Shown here: piece by piece, positions 8,716 through 18,597 of the stretch | Numbering within the stretch: the first letter of the stretch is position 1 | How the letters are laid out: the number at the start of each line of letters is the position of its first letter | NCBI GenBank assembly: GCA_017434845.1 | Contig: JAFSGD010000060.1 | Coordinates: 5,862-69,861, forward strand | Length of the DNA: 64,000 nt | Direction of reading: 5' to 3' | From: Clostridia bacterium | GTDB lineage: Bacteria; Bacillota; Clostridia; Oscillospirales; CAG-382 | The notes under the pieces: model-generated | What the model saw: the letters and a program-made list of their open reading frames with translations, nothing else | What the model was told of the DNA's origin: nothing | The model's database searches: none | Program-made: the position numbers and the translations under genes

Positions 8716-9050
8716 CTTTCAAGCCCTTGAAAATACAATGAAAAATTATATTCCTTAAAAAAGAAATCAAGCTTCAAAATTATAATGAAGCTTGATTTTT
8801 GTTTTGTTAATTATTTCAAGGGCGTAAATAACCCGTTTATAATAAAGAAAGCAGAGGAAGAGAAACGAGGTTAGTTTGGAAGAAAAACGAGCGTCGCCGT
8901 AGAAATCTACGGCAGTCGAAGTTTTTCTTTCAAGCCCTTGAAAATATAATAGAAAATTATTCAAAAAATATGCCTCCCGAATAATCGGAAGGCATATCGT
9001 AATATAAAACTATTTCAAGGGCGTAAATAACCCGTTTCTCGATCTCTGCT
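8710..9050. repeat. Nested direct/inverted repeat array (MITE/REP-like)
   Basis: 26-bp repeat A at 8710-8735 and 8921-8946; 27-bp repeat B at 8812-8838 and 9011-9037. A and B share an inverted core (GCCCTTGAAA(A)TA / TATTTCAAGGGC). Three internal hairpins. Confidence 0.85.
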
Positions 9051-10033
9051 TATAAAGTTGCTGCCATAACGGCTTTGATGGTATGCATACGGTTTTCGGC
9101 TTCATCGAAAACTATCGAGCGGTCGCCCTCGATGACCTCGTGGGTAACCTCCATGCAATCGATGCCGAACTTGTCATAAATATCTCTGCCGATAACGGTT
9201 TCGAGATCGTGGAATGCGGGCAGACAATGCATAAAGCGGCATTGCTCGCCTGCGTTATCCATAAGCGCTTTTGTTACGCGGTAGGGCGAAAGCTCTTTGA
9301 TTCGTTCCTCCCAAACCTCTGCAGGCTCGCCCATAGATACCCAAACGTCTGTATAAATAACGCTTGCGCCCTTGGTTGCCTCGACAGGATCCTCAATGAA
9401 TTCAAGAACCGCGCCGGTTTCGGAAGCGATATTTTGACATTCTTCAACAAGCTTGGAATCGGGGAAATATTTTTTCGGTGCGCAGGCAACGAAATGCATA
9501 CCCATCTTTGCGCAACCAACCATTAATGAGTTGCCCATGTTATAACGGGCATCGCCCATATAAACCAGCTTTTTGCCCGAAAGACTGCCGAAATGCTCGA
9601 TGATCGTCATAAAATCGGCAAGTATTTGGGTTGGGTGGAATTCGTTTGTGAGGCCGTTCCAAACGGGAACGCCCGCATATTCGGAAAGCTTCTCAACGAT
9701 CTCCTGACCGAAGCCGCGGTATTCGATGCCGTCGAACATTCTGCCGAGAACGCGTGCAGTATCGGCGATGCTTTCCTTTTTGCCTATCTGCGATCCGCTC
9801 GGGTCGAGATAAACGGGGTGCATTCCAAGATCTGCCGCCGCAACCTCGAAGGCACAACGGGTTCGGGTGCTGGTTTTTTCAAAGATAAGGGCAATATTCT
9901 TTCCCTCGCACAAGCGATGGGGCTTGCCCGCCTTTTTTTCTGCCTTAAGCGCGATTGCCGAATCGATAAGCGCACTTATCTCGGCAGGGGTGAAATCAAG
10001 CAGCTTTAAAAAGCTTCTTCCTTTAAGCGACAT
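9050..10033 (-). CDS. argF: Ornithine carbamoyltransferase
   Basis: STRT, HPTQ, HCLP, AENR motifs. Confidence 0.97.
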   Translation of the reverse strand: MSLKGRSFLKLLDFTPAEISALIDSAIALKAEKKAGKPHRLCEGKNIALIFEKTSTRTRCAFEVAAADLGMHPVYLDPSGSQIGKKESIADTARVLGRMFDGIEYRGFGQEIVEKLSEYAGVPVWNGLTNEFHPTQILADFMTIIEHFGSLSGKKLVYMGDARYNMGNSLMVGCAKMGMHFVACAPKKYFPDSKLVEECQNIASETGAVLEFIEDPVEATKGASVIYTDVWVSMGEPAEVWEERIKELSPYRVTKALMDNAGEQCRFMHCLPAFHDLETVIGRDIYDKFGIDCMEVTHEVIEGDRSIVFDEAENRMHTIKAVMAATL

Positions 10034-10044
10034 AATAAATTCTC

Positions 10045-11211
10045 CTATCCTGCACAAACCTGTTTGATAATTTCAAGCGCTTCTGTCAAAAGCTCGGTTT
10101 CGATATTAAGCGCGGGAAGCAATCTCAGCTTATCCTTCGCGGTGAGGCAAAGCACGCCGCGCTCGTTGCACTCGGCAACGACCTCTTTAACGGAGCGTTC
10201 GGTTTTAATGCCGATCATCAAGCCCATTCCGCTAACCGATTCAATGCCCTTTGCGCCCGAAAGCGTTTTGAATACGAGCTCGCTTTTTGCTTTGACCGAA
10301 GCGAGAAATTCTTTATCAATGCGCGAAATAACGCTGTATGCACCCGCACAGGCAATGGGGTTTCCGCCATAGGTTGAGCCATGGTCGCCAAATCCGAGCA
10401 CGCTTTCGACCTTTTCGCCGAGCAGAGCCGCGCCAAGCGGAAGTCCGCCGCCCAAGCCCTTTGCGGTCGTTATTATATCGGGCATTATGCCATAGTTCAT
10501 ATATCCGTAAAGCTCGCCGGTTCTGCCGTTGCCGGTTTGAACCTCATCAACGATCAAAAGAATATCGTTTTCGGCGGCATATTCTGCAACCGAGGTTAAA
10601 AACTCTTTGTCAAGCGCGATAACACCGCCCTCGCCTTGAACGCACTCGAGCATTATCGCCGCGATCTCGTTTTCGGACGCAAGCTTTTTCAAGGCTTCGA
10701 AATCGTTGGCGGGCGTGTGAAGAAAGCCATCGGTAAGCGGAAGGAAATCCTTATGGAAAACCTCCTGACCGGTTGCGGCAAGCGTTGTTACCGTTCTGCC
10801 GTGGAAGCTGTTGATAAGGGTTATTATCTTATAACAGCCGCTTCCCTTTTTTTGAGCCGCATATTTGCGCGCAACCTTAATGGCGCATTCGTCTGCCTCG
10901 GCGCCCGAGTTGCCGAAAAACACCTTTTTAAAGCCCGTTGCCTCACAGAGAAGCTCGGCAAGCTTAACGCAGGGTTCGGTATAATAAAGGTTAGACATAT
11001 GCTGAACCTTATTAAGCTGTTCGCTTACGGCACCGACCCATTCGGGATCGGAGATGCCGAAGCTTGTTACACCGATGCCCGAGCCCATATCGATATAGCG
11101 TTTTCCGTTTTCATCGAAAACAAGCGAGCCCTTGCCCGAAACTATCTCGATAGGAAATCGGTTATAGGTATTTGCGATATATTTTTTATCTTTTTCTTTA
11201 ATTATGCTCAT
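10045..11211 (-). CDS. argD: Acetylornithine aminotransferase
   Basis: NSGAEA, SFHGRT, DEVQTG, AKGLGGG. Confidence 0.95.
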   Translation of the reverse strand: MSIIKEKDKKYIANTYNRFPIEIVSGKGSLVFDENGKRYIDMGSGIGVTSFGISDPEWVGAVSEQLNKVQHMSNLYYTEPCVKLAELLCEATGFKKVFFGNSGAEADECAIKVARKYAAQKKGSGCYKIITLINSFHGRTVTTLAATGQEVFHKDFLPLTDGFLHTPANDFEALKKLASENEIAAIMLECVQGEGGVIALDKEFLTSVAEYAAENDILLIVDEVQTGNGRTGELYGYMNYGIMPDIITTAKGLGGGLPLGAALLGEKVESVLGFGDHGSTYGGNPIACAGAYSVISRIDKEFLASVKAKSELVFKTLSGAKGIESVSGMGLMIGIKTERSVKEVVAECNERGVLCLTAKDKLRLLPALNIETELLTEALEIIKQVCAG

Positions 11212-11221
11212 TTTTTCATCC

Positions 11222-12085
11222 TCAGCGGCTTACCATTGTACCCGCACCCTCATCGGTAAGAAGCTCCATAAGAATGGAGTGGGGAACGCGTCCATCCATT
11301 ATCGCAACGTTTTGAACGCCCTTTTGTAGCGCCTCGATACAACAATCTATTTTGGGGATCATTCCGCCCGAAATAACGCCCTCTTCCTTAAGCTTTTCGG
11401 CTTCTTTTACGGTTATTTGCGGAATAAGCGTTGAAGGATCGTCGCGGTCGCGAAGCACGCCCGTTATATCGGTCATCATAATAAGACGTTCGGATTCAAG
11501 AGCGCCCGCAATGTAAGCCGCGGCGGTATCGCCGTTGATGTTATAGGTATTTCCCTCTTTATCACAGCCAACGGTTGAAACAACGGGAATATAGCCCTTT
11601 TCGAGCAGATCGTTAACGGGCGCGATGTTAATGTTGGTTATCTTGCCGACGTAGCCGAGCTTTTTGTTCTTCATTTCGGCTTCGATCAGTCTGCCGTCCA
11701 TGCCCGAAATGCCCATTGCCTTGCCGCCCTTCATTTCAAGAAGGTTAACAAGCGTTTTATTAACCTTGCCCGCAAGCACCATTTGAACTATATCAACGGT
11801 TTCTTTATCGGTAACGCGCAAGCCGTCGACAAATTCTGCCTTCTTGCCCAATCTGCCCATAAGCTCGCTTATTTCGGGGCCGCCGCCGTGAACGAGAACC
11901 ACCTTAACACCGATAAGCCAAAGCAGAACGATATCTTCCATTACCTGCTCTTTAAGGTGCTCGTTTACCATCGCGTTGCCGCCGTATTTAACAACAACGA
12001 CCTTTCCCGTATATTGCTTTATATAAGGCAATGCCTGGGTTAAAACCTCGGCACGCTGTGCGTTTGAAAAATGGTTTGCTTCCAT
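11222..12085 (-). CDS. argB: Acetylglutamate kinase
   Basis: VVKYGGNA, VHGGGP, GLRVTD, GGMIPK. Confidence 0.97.
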   Translation of the reverse strand: MEANHFSNAQRAEVLTQALPYIKQYTGKVVVVKYGGNAMVNEHLKEQVMEDIVLLWLIGVKVVLVHGGGPEISELMGRLGKKAEFVDGLRVTDKETVDIVQMVLAGKVNKTLVNLLEMKGGKAMGISGMDGRLIEAEMKNKKLGYVGKITNINIAPVNDLLEKGYIPVVSTVGCDKEGNTYNINGDTAAAYIAGALESERLIMMTDITGVLRDRDDPSTLIPQITVKEAEKLKEEGVISGGMIPKIDCCIEALQKGVQNVAIMDGRVPHSILMELLTDEGAGTMVSR

Positions 12086-12101
12086 GTTTCGTCTCCTTTG
12101 A

Positions 12102-13316
12102 TCAAGTGCGGTAATCGCCGTTGATCTTAACGTAATCATAGGTAAGGTCGCATCCCCAAGCGGTTGCGGAAGCACCGCTTTCGCCGAGGGTTACGATAAT
12201 TTCTATCTCGCGCTCGAGAAGGATCTCTTTCGCCTTTTCTTCAGAGAACTCAACGCCCGCGCCGTTGCGGCAGACCTCGATAATGCCCTTTGAGCTTTTG
12301 AACGAAACGCCGACGGCGTTAACGTCAACGTCAGCACCGCTATAGCCGATAGCGCAAAGAACTCTGCCCCAGTTTGCATCGGCACCAAACATTGCGGCTT
12401 TGAGAAGGCTTGAGCAAATAACGCTTTTTGCAACGGTTTTTGCCGTTTTAATATCCTTTGCGCCCGAAACCGAGCATTCAAGCAGCTTGGTTGCGCCTTC
12501 ACCGTCGCCCGCGATCATGCGGCAAAGGTGAACCGTAACGGTGTTAAGCGCTTTCATAAAGGTTGCAAAGTCTTCGTTTTCGCTATCAATGCATTCGTTG
12601 CCCGCAAGGCCGTTTGCGAGAACCACAACCATATCGTTGGTTGAGGTATCACCATCGACGCTTACCATATTGAAGGTATCGGCGATGTCGCTTGAAAGTG
12701 CCTTTTGAAGCATTTCGGGCGAGATAGCCGCATCGGTGGTTATGAAAACGAGCATGGTTGCCATGTTGGGATGTATCATTCCGCTTCCCTTGGCAATACC
12801 GCCGATCTTGCAGATCTTTCCGCCGAGCTCAAATTCAACGGCGACCTCTTTTTTAACGGTATCGGTGGTCATTATTCCCTCTGCTGCGGCATCGCCGCCG
12901 TTTTCGGAAAGACCGCTTGCAAGCTCGCTCATGCCCGAAGCAATGGGAGCTATATCGAGCGGCTGACCGATAACACCCGTTGAAGCAACAACAACGTCGG
13001 TGCTGTCTATCGAAAGCTCTTTTCCGACAAGCGCACACATTTGCTCGGCGATCTCTTCTCCGCCCGCGTTGCAGGTGTTTGCGTTGCCGCTGTTGCAAAT
13101 TATTGCCTGCGCATAGCCGTTTGCAATATTTCTTTTGGTTACGGCAAGAGGCGCACCCTTAACGAGATTGGTCGTATAAACTGCCGCCGCAGATGCCTTT
13201 GATTCGCTGATGATAAGCGAAAGGTCGCGCTTCGTGCGGTTTTTGCGGATTCCGCAATGTATTCCGTTGGCTTTAAAGCCCTTTGCGGCACAAACGCCGC
13301 CTTCTGTTATCTTCAT
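12102..13316 (-). CDS. argJ: Bifunctional glutamate N-acetyltransferase / ornithine acetyltransferase
   Basis: KGSGMIHPNMATML, DGDTSTND, DGEGATK, WGCDLT. Confidence 0.97.
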   Translation of the reverse strand: MKITEGGVCAAKGFKANGIHCGIRKNRTKRDLSLIISESKASAAAVYTTNLVKGAPLAVTKRNIANGYAQAIICNSGNANTCNAGGEEIAEQMCALVGKELSIDSTDVVVASTGVIGQPLDIAPIASGMSELASGLSENGGDAAAEGIMTTDTVKKEVAVEFELGGKICKIGGIAKGSGMIHPNMATMLVFITTDAAISPEMLQKALSSDIADTFNMVSVDGDTSTNDMVVVLANGLAGNECIDSENEDFATFMKALNTVTVHLCRMIAGDGEGATKLLECSVSGAKDIKTAKTVAKSVICSSLLKAAMFGADANWGRVLCAIGYSGADVDVNAVGVSFKSSKGIIEVCRNGAGVEFSEEKAKEILLEREIEIIVTLGESGASATAWGCDLTYDYVKINGDYRT

Positions 13317-13324
13317 GCTAACTC

Positions 13325-14254
13325 CTATATATCCAAGCCTTCGGCTTCGTTTGCGCCGAGAAGAATGTTCATGTTTTGTATTGCCGCACCCGAAGCGCCT
13401 TTGCCGAGGTTATCAAAGCGAGAAACGAGAATTATACGGTCTTCGTTGCCGTTAACGGTGATTTCCATATCGTCTCTTCCCGAAAAGGCGGAAGCCGACA
13501 TGAAGCCCGATTCATCGGCGTTTGCGTTAAAGCGGACAAGGCCGTTTTGGTAATAATTCGAATAAATTTCGGCTATATCGCTTATGCCGCCCTTTATTTG
13601 ATCGGCGAACAGCGAGACTGTTACCTCCATACCCGAATAAAAGCTTGCAACTATCGGGCAGAAAACGGGAAGGTTATAAAGCGAGCAGACCGCCGACATT
13701 TCTTTTAAATGCTTGTGCTGTTGAGAAAGCGCATACATTCTCGGTGCTTCGAGAAGCGGGTTGCGCTCGGGAGATTCATATTCGGCAATCATTTTCTTGC
13801 CGCCGCCCGAATAGCCCGTCAACGAGAAGCAGGAAAGCTTTTCGTTGTTCTTAATAAGCCCTGCTCTTACCAACGGCTCAACAAGCGCAACGAATCCGCT
13901 TGCATGACAGCCGGGGTTTGCGATGCGTTTGGAATTTTTTATCTTTTCGCGGTTTGATCCGCCGCAAAGCTCGGGAAAGCCATAGCTCCAATCGGGGTTG
14001 GTTCGATGGGCGGTTGAGGTATCGATTATTGCGGTGTTTGGGTTTTCAACCAGCGAGACCGCCTCGATCGCCGCCGCATCGGGCAGGCATAGAAACGCGA
14101 TATCGGCGCTGTTAAGTGCTTCCCGACGCGCTTCGGTATCCTTTCGGAGCGCTTCGGAAAGGATCAAAAGCTCGATATCCTTTCGGTTCGAAAGGCGTTC
14201 ATATATTCGCAATCCCGTGGTTCCGGCACTGCCGTCGATAAATACTTTTGTCAT
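13325..14254 (-). CDS. argC: N-acetyl-gamma-glutamyl-phosphate reductase (short, type 2)
   Basis: IDGSAGTTG, ANPGC, DNLGKGASG. Confidence 0.95.
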   Translation of the reverse strand: MTKVFIDGSAGTTGLRIYERLSNRKDIELLILSEALRKDTEARREALNSADIAFLCLPDAAAIEAVSLVENPNTAIIDTSTAHRTNPDWSYGFPELCGGSNREKIKNSKRIANPGCHASGFVALVEPLVRAGLIKNNEKLSCFSLTGYSGGGKKMIAEYESPERNPLLEAPRMYALSQQHKHLKEMSAVCSLYNLPVFCPIVASFYSGMEVTVSLFADQIKGGISDIAEIYSNYYQNGLVRFNANADESGFMSASAFSGRDDMEITVNGNEDRIILVSRFDNLGKGASGAAIQNMNILLGANEAEGLDI

Positions 14255-15630
14255 TTTGAAAGCTCCGATTCAACAAATTCGATCTGTTTTTCGGCGGATT
14301 CAAGCGAGGTTCCGCCAACCGAAATACGCTTTGCAACACAGGTTTCAAGCGATATTTCGTTATAAATATCATCTTCGAAAAGCTCGGAAAACGCTTTGTA
14401 TTCTTCGATCGGAAGCGTTTCGAGAACCAGCTTTTCGGAAATGCATTTTGCAACTATCGTGCCCGATATCTTATATGCCGAACGGAAGGGCATTCCCTTT
14501 TTGACAAGATAATCGGCAAGGTCGGTTGCGTTTATAAAGCCCTCTTGGGCGGCTTTTTTCATATTTTCGGGAATAACCCTCATGGTTGCGATCATCGGCG
14601 CGGCGATGCCGAGGCACATTTTAACCGTATCTACCGCATCGAAAACGCTTTCTTTATCCTCCTGCATATCCTTGTTATAAGCAAGCGGAAGACCCTTAAG
14701 CGTTGTTAAAAGCGCGATCATATCGCCATAGACTCTTCCCGTTTTGCCGCGGATAAGCTCTGCCATATCGGGATTTTTCTTTTGAGGCATTATCGAAGAG
14801 CCCGTGGTGTAGGCATCGGAAAGCTCAACGAACTTGAATTCCCAGCTCGACCAAAGAATTATTTCTTCGCTTAGGCGTGAAAGATGCATCATAAGGATCG
14901 AACAGCAATTCATAAACTCAACGCAGAAATCGCGGTCGGAAACACCGTCGATGCTGTTGAGGCAGATATCCGAAAAGCCGAGCTTCTCGGCCTCGAAATA
15001 GCGGTCGGTGTCATAGGTCGTTCCCGCAAGAGCGCAACAGCCGATGGGAGAAACATTCATGCGGGCTTTCATATCGGAAAAGCGGCTTATATCGCGCAGA
15101 AGCATCATGCAATAAGCCAAAAGATGATGCGCAAAGGTTATGGGCTGTGCACGCTGAAGGTGGGTGTAGCCCGGCATTATGGTCTGCTTGTTATCCTTCG
15201 CGACCGAAACAAGCGCGCCGACAACCTCTTTGATAAGCGCAACGACCTCGTCGGTCTCCTTGCGAAGATTCATTCTGAGATCAAGCGCAACCTGATCATT
15301 TCGGCTTCGCGCGGTGTGAAGCTTTTTGCCGACGTCGCCCAAGCGCTCGGTCAGCACCTGCTCGACAAACATATGAATATCCTCGCATTCGAGATTGATC
15401 TCAAGTGCGCCCGATTCGATATCGGCAAGAATTGCACCCAAGCCGTCGATCAAAGCCTCGGCTTCGCTTTGCTCAATAATGCCCTTTGCACCGAGCATTG
15501 CGGCGTGCGCCATGCTGCCCTCGATATCCTCGCGGTACATTCTTTGATCGAAGCGGATAGATGAATTGAAATCGTCTGCAAGCTTATCGGTTGCTCCGGC
15601 GGTTCTGCCCGCCCACATTTTAACAGCCAT
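14251..15630 (-). CDS. argH: Argininosuccinate lyase
   Basis: RSRNDQ, PGYTHLQRAQP, GSSIMPQKKNPD. Confidence 0.97.
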   Translation of the reverse strand: MAVKMWAGRTAGATDKLADDFNSSIRFDQRMYREDIEGSMAHAAMLGAKGIIEQSEAEALIDGLGAILADIESGALEINLECEDIHMFVEQVLTERLGDVGKKLHTARSRNDQVALDLRMNLRKETDEVVALIKEVVGALVSVAKDNKQTIMPGYTHLQRAQPITFAHHLLAYCMMLLRDISRFSDMKARMNVSPIGCCALAGTTYDTDRYFEAEKLGFSDICLNSIDGVSDRDFCVEFMNCCSILMMHLSRLSEEIILWSSWEFKFVELSDAYTTGSSIMPQKKNPDMAELIRGKTGRVYGDMIALLTTLKGLPLAYNKDMQEDKESVFDAVDTVKMCLGIAAPMIATMRVIPENMKKAAQEGFINATDLADYLVKKGMPFRSAYKISGTIVAKCISEKLVLETLPIEEYKAFSELFEDDIYNEISLETCVAKRISVGGTSLESAEKQIEFVESELSK

Positions 15631-15699
15631 AATTTTTCTCCAAACGCGCAAAATAAATCACTTTGCGCGAAAATTCAAGGTTTTTTCTTATCTTTCAAG

Positions 15700-15745
15700 A
15701 AACAATGAAGAACGGCGATAACGTCGTTCTTCGTTGTTTTATTTT
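15700..15745 (-). terminator. Hairpin between argG and argH (internal terminator or mRNA-stabilising stem)
   Basis: AAACAATGAAGAACG...CGTTCTTCGTTGTTT inverted repeat. Confidence 0.55.
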
Positions 15746-15765
15746 GCGTTTTTTGAATTTAAAGC

Positions 15766-16980
15766 TTATTTACCGTCTACTATAGCCTGAACCTTAATGG
15801 GAAGACCGAAGAGGTTGATGAAGCCCTCGGCATCCTTTTGGTTATAATCGCTTTCGCCGAAGGTTGCGATCTCTTCGCTGTAAAGCGAATATTCGCTCCA
15901 AACGCCTGCGTTGATCATGTTGCCCTTATAAAGCTTGAGGCGAACCTTGCCGGTTACGCGCTCTTGGGTTTTATCAACGAACGCGCTGAGAGCCTCGCGG
16001 AGAGGAGTGAACCACTGACCGTTATAAACAAGCTCTGCAAAGGTTATGGAAAGCTTCTGCTTTTCGTGCATGGTCATCTTATCAAGGCAGATCTGCTCGA
16101 GAACGCTGTGAGCCTTATAAAGAATAGCTCCGCCGGGGGTTTCATAAACGCCGCGGCACTTCATGCCGACAAGACGGTTTTCGACAATATCGAGAATACC
16201 GATGCCGTTTTCACCGCCGAGCTTGTTGAGGGCGAGAATGATCTCTTTTGCGGACATCTTATTGCCATCGAGCGCAACGGGAATACCCTTATCGAATTCG
16301 AGCTCGATATAGGTGGGCTTATCGGGAGCCTGAAGGGGCGAAACGCCCATTTCGAGGAAGCCTTCTTTTTCATAGAGAGGCTCGTTGCCGGTATCTTCAA
16401 GGTCCATGCCCTCGTGAGAAAGGTGCCAAAGGTTTTTATCCTTGGAATAGTTGGTTTCGCGGTTGATCTTGAGAGGGATGTTATGCGCTTCGGCATATTC
16501 GATCTCTTCCTCACGGGATTTGATATCCCATTCACGCCAAGGAGCGATAATGGGCATATTGGGAGCGAAGTGCTTTATGCCAAGCTCGAAGCGAACCTGG
16601 TCGTTGCCCTTGCCGGTGCAGCCGTGAGCGATAGCGTCGGCACCCTCCTTGAGAGCAACCTCAACAAGCGCCTTTGCAATGCAGGGACGTGCATGGCTGG
16701 TGCCGAGAAGATATTCTTCGTAAACCGCGCCTGCCTTCATTGTGGGGATGATGAAATCATCAACGTATTCATCGGTGAGATCGAGAACGTAAAGCTTCGA
16801 AGCACCTGTCTTTATAGCCTTTTCTTCAAGACCGTCGAGCTCATCTGCCTGACCGACGTTTGCGGCAACGGCGATAACCTCGCAGTTATTGTAGTTTTCT
16901 TTAAGCCAAGGAATGATTATAGAGGTATCGAGACCGCCCGAATAGGCGAGAACGACCTTTTTTATGTTTTCTTTGTTCAT
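15766..16980 (-). CDS. argG: Argininosuccinate synthase
   Basis: [28 protein letters not shown]. Confidence 0.97.
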   Translation of the reverse strand: MNKENIKKVVLAYSGGLDTSIIIPWLKENYNNCEVIAVAANVGQADELDGLEEKAIKTGASKLYVLDLTDEYVDDFIIPTMKAGAVYEEYLLGTSHARPCIAKALVEVALKEGADAIAHGCTGKGNDQVRFELGIKHFAPNMPIIAPWREWDIKSREEEIEYAEAHNIPLKINRETNYSKDKNLWHLSHEGMDLEDTGNEPLYEKEGFLEMGVSPLQAPDKPTYIELEFDKGIPVALDGNKMSAKEIILALNKLGGENGIGILDIVENRLVGMKCRGVYETPGGAILYKAHSVLEQICLDKMTMHEKQKLSITFAELVYNGQWFTPLREALSAFVDKTQERVTGKVRLKLYKGNMINAGVWSEYSLYSEEIATFGESDYNQKDAEGFINLFGLPIKVQAIVDGK

Positions 16981-17023
16981 GGTTTTATGCCTCCGAAATA
17001 ATGTTTTTTCATTTTGCGTTTGT

Positions 17024-17052
17024 ATTATAAACCCGCATACCGTGAAAGTCAA
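17024..17052 (-). promoter_or_regulatory. sigma-A promoter of the arg operon
   Basis: TTGACT-17-TATAAT on the minus strand. Confidence 0.75.
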
Positions 17053-17122
17053 TAGCAAAAATGATAAATTATTCAATTTTTTGGCGTTTTTCTTGTGTAA
17101 ATGTGTATACACCTCTGCATAT

Positions 17123-17140
17123 TATGCATAAAAATGCAGT
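17123..17140. promoter_or_regulatory. ARG box (ArgR operator)
   Basis: TGCATAAAAATGCA at 17125-17138 fits TGnATwwwwATnCA, with overlapping similar half-sites on both sides; upstream of argG. Confidence 0.7.
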
Positions 17141-17264
17141 TTATACATAAAATTCTGTATATTTTCGTTTTTATACTCAAAAGCACCGCAAAAAAGCGTA
17201 TATATTTATTATGAAAAAAGAACCGGGCATGTCGCTCGGCTCTTGTGCTTTTTCAAAATTGGTT

Positions 17265-17831
17265 CTATTTAATTTTGAAGGTTTTTTTCAGGATTTTATC
17301 ATCGAAGCTGAAAAATTCTTTAATTTCAACCTCTATATCAGTTGAAGAATCATTAAGCTCATAAGCCACTTCAACTTCAATAGAAGCGCCTTTTTTAATT
17401 TCTTTCGTCTGATTATCTGCGCTGTATTTTTCGGAATCCTTCAAAATATACGCTTCGTTCAATCCTACTCCATCTTGATAAACGTTCTCGTCAAACGCAA
17501 CGTAAAACGCCACCGCATCATCGTTGGATACGTTAGTAAAAATATACTTAACTATAACCGCATCCTTGTTGTCATAGGTTTTTGCCAATCGGCAACTATC
17601 GATAACAACCGAGTAATCACCGAGTCTGTTTTTTTCTTCCTCCGTCTCTTCTTTTTCCGCTTCGCCCACGCTGATTGCATTATCTTTGGATTCGGATTTG
17701 GATCCGCTACCTACGTTGCCGACGCCTTGGTCGGCAACCGAAGTGTCATTACCGCTTTCTGTACTCGCTAATGCAAAAATCGAAAATACCACAACCAACA
17801 AGCATGCCAAAATAATATTAATGTTTTTCAT
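17265..17831 (-). CDS. DUF5067-like exported protein (Ig-like fold)
   Basis: N-terminal hydrophobic anchor; V.Y.FTN, YQDGV.L, IKKGASIEV..AYEL pattern. Confidence 0.75.
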   Translation of the reverse strand: MKNINIILACLLVVVFSIFALASTESGNDTSVADQGVGNVGSGSKSESKDNAISVGEAEKEETEEEKNRLGDYSVVIDSCRLAKTYDNKDAVIVKYIFTNVSNDDAVAFYVAFDENVYQDGVGLNEAYILKDSEKYSADNQTKEIKKGASIEVEVAYELNDSSTDIEVEIKEFFSFDDKILKKTFKIK

Positions 17832-18237
17832 GAGTCTTCTCCTTTATGTTAATGATAAAAGCAAATAAAGCTGCCAACAAATACATAATCACATCCAAAA
17901 AATCCGCCGTGCCTCCAACAAATCCCTCATATTGCAAGACCTCCCAAGCGATTCCACATAGCAGTGATACCGAACAGCACGTTGCACGTTCCTTGATTTC
18001 GGAATCGAACAACGCAATCAGCGCGCATGCTAATGAAAACCCCCACAAAAAATCCAAAAAATAGAAGTTCAGAAAATCGCTGAAATGCGGATGCAATTTT
18101 TCGCGCAAATAAAGGATTGAGCACATTCCATTGAAAGCCTTCGCTATATATGAATCGGCACGAAAAAGCACATAAAACGCGCCGCCCGCAACAAGAGAAA
18201 GCACACTCAACAAAACATTTACTGATTTTTTCGACAT
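17818..18237 (-). CDS. Hypothetical membrane protein
   Basis: Four hydrophobic segments; D.LW.FS, E..Q, GT.D..D motifs; AGGAG RBS. Confidence 0.75.
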   Translation of the reverse strand: MSKKSVNVLLSVLSLVAGGAFYVLFRADSYIAKAFNGMCSILYLREKLHPHFSDFLNFYFLDFLWGFSLACALIALFDSEIKERATCCSVSLLCGIAWEVLQYEGFVGGTADFLDVIMYLLAALFAFIINIKEKTHEKH

Positions 18238-18257
18238 AATTACTTCTCCTGTTTATC

Positions 18258-18286
18258 ATTATAGTCATAATTATGACTATTGTCAA
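18258..18286 (-). promoter_or_regulatory. Consensus promoter with a perfect 20-bp palindromic operator
   Basis: TTGACA-17-TATAAT on the minus strand; ATAGTCATAATTATGACTAT at 18261-18280. Confidence 0.8.
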
Positions 18287-18330
18287 TATAAATAAACGCA
18301 TTTATGCTAATAATAAAGGCGGTGATGCTG

Positions 18331-18546
18331 TTGATAAGTTATGAACCTTTTTGGAAAACCCTAAAAAGAAAAAATATTTCGACCTATATGTTAATTAACA
18401 AATATAACATCAGTAGTGCCACCATCGACCGTATGAAAAAAGGCAACGGCATCAGCACAATGAAAATAGATGATTTTTGCCGTATTCTCGATTGCGGAGT
18501 TTCGGATATAATCGAATATCTCGACGATGATGAAGTTGATGCATAA
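18331..18546 (+). CDS. Small XRE/Cro-C1 HTH transcriptional regulator
   Basis: ISYEPFWKTL...ISTYML...TIDRMK...IDDFC..LDC.VSDIIEY. Confidence 0.88.
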   Translation: MISYEPFWKTLKRKNISTYMLINKYNISSATIDRMKKGNGISTMKIDDFCRILDCGVSDIIEYLDDDEVDA

Positions 18547-18550
18547 CGAC

Positions 18551-18590
18551 AAAAAAAACCATGCTTTCAAAACGAAAGCATGGTTTTTTT
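18551..18590. terminator. Bidirectional terminator
   Basis: A8-CCATGCTTTC-aaaac-GAAAGCATGG-T run between convergent genes. Confidence 0.8.
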
Positions 18591-18597
18591 GTTAAAA

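Noticed and set aside
8710-9037. Possible CRISPR mini-array
   Set aside because: Two alternating repeat types with only two copies each, 60-85 bp intervals that contain hairpins, and no cas genes in the window.
15838-17001. 387-aa plus-strand ORF antisense to argG (similar long ORFs at 18835-20151, 34543-35685, 43712-44599, 46966-48078, 54107-55645, 56948-58384)
   Set aside because: Shadow frames lying opposite well-conserved genes, with no motifs or RBS; expected from codon bias.
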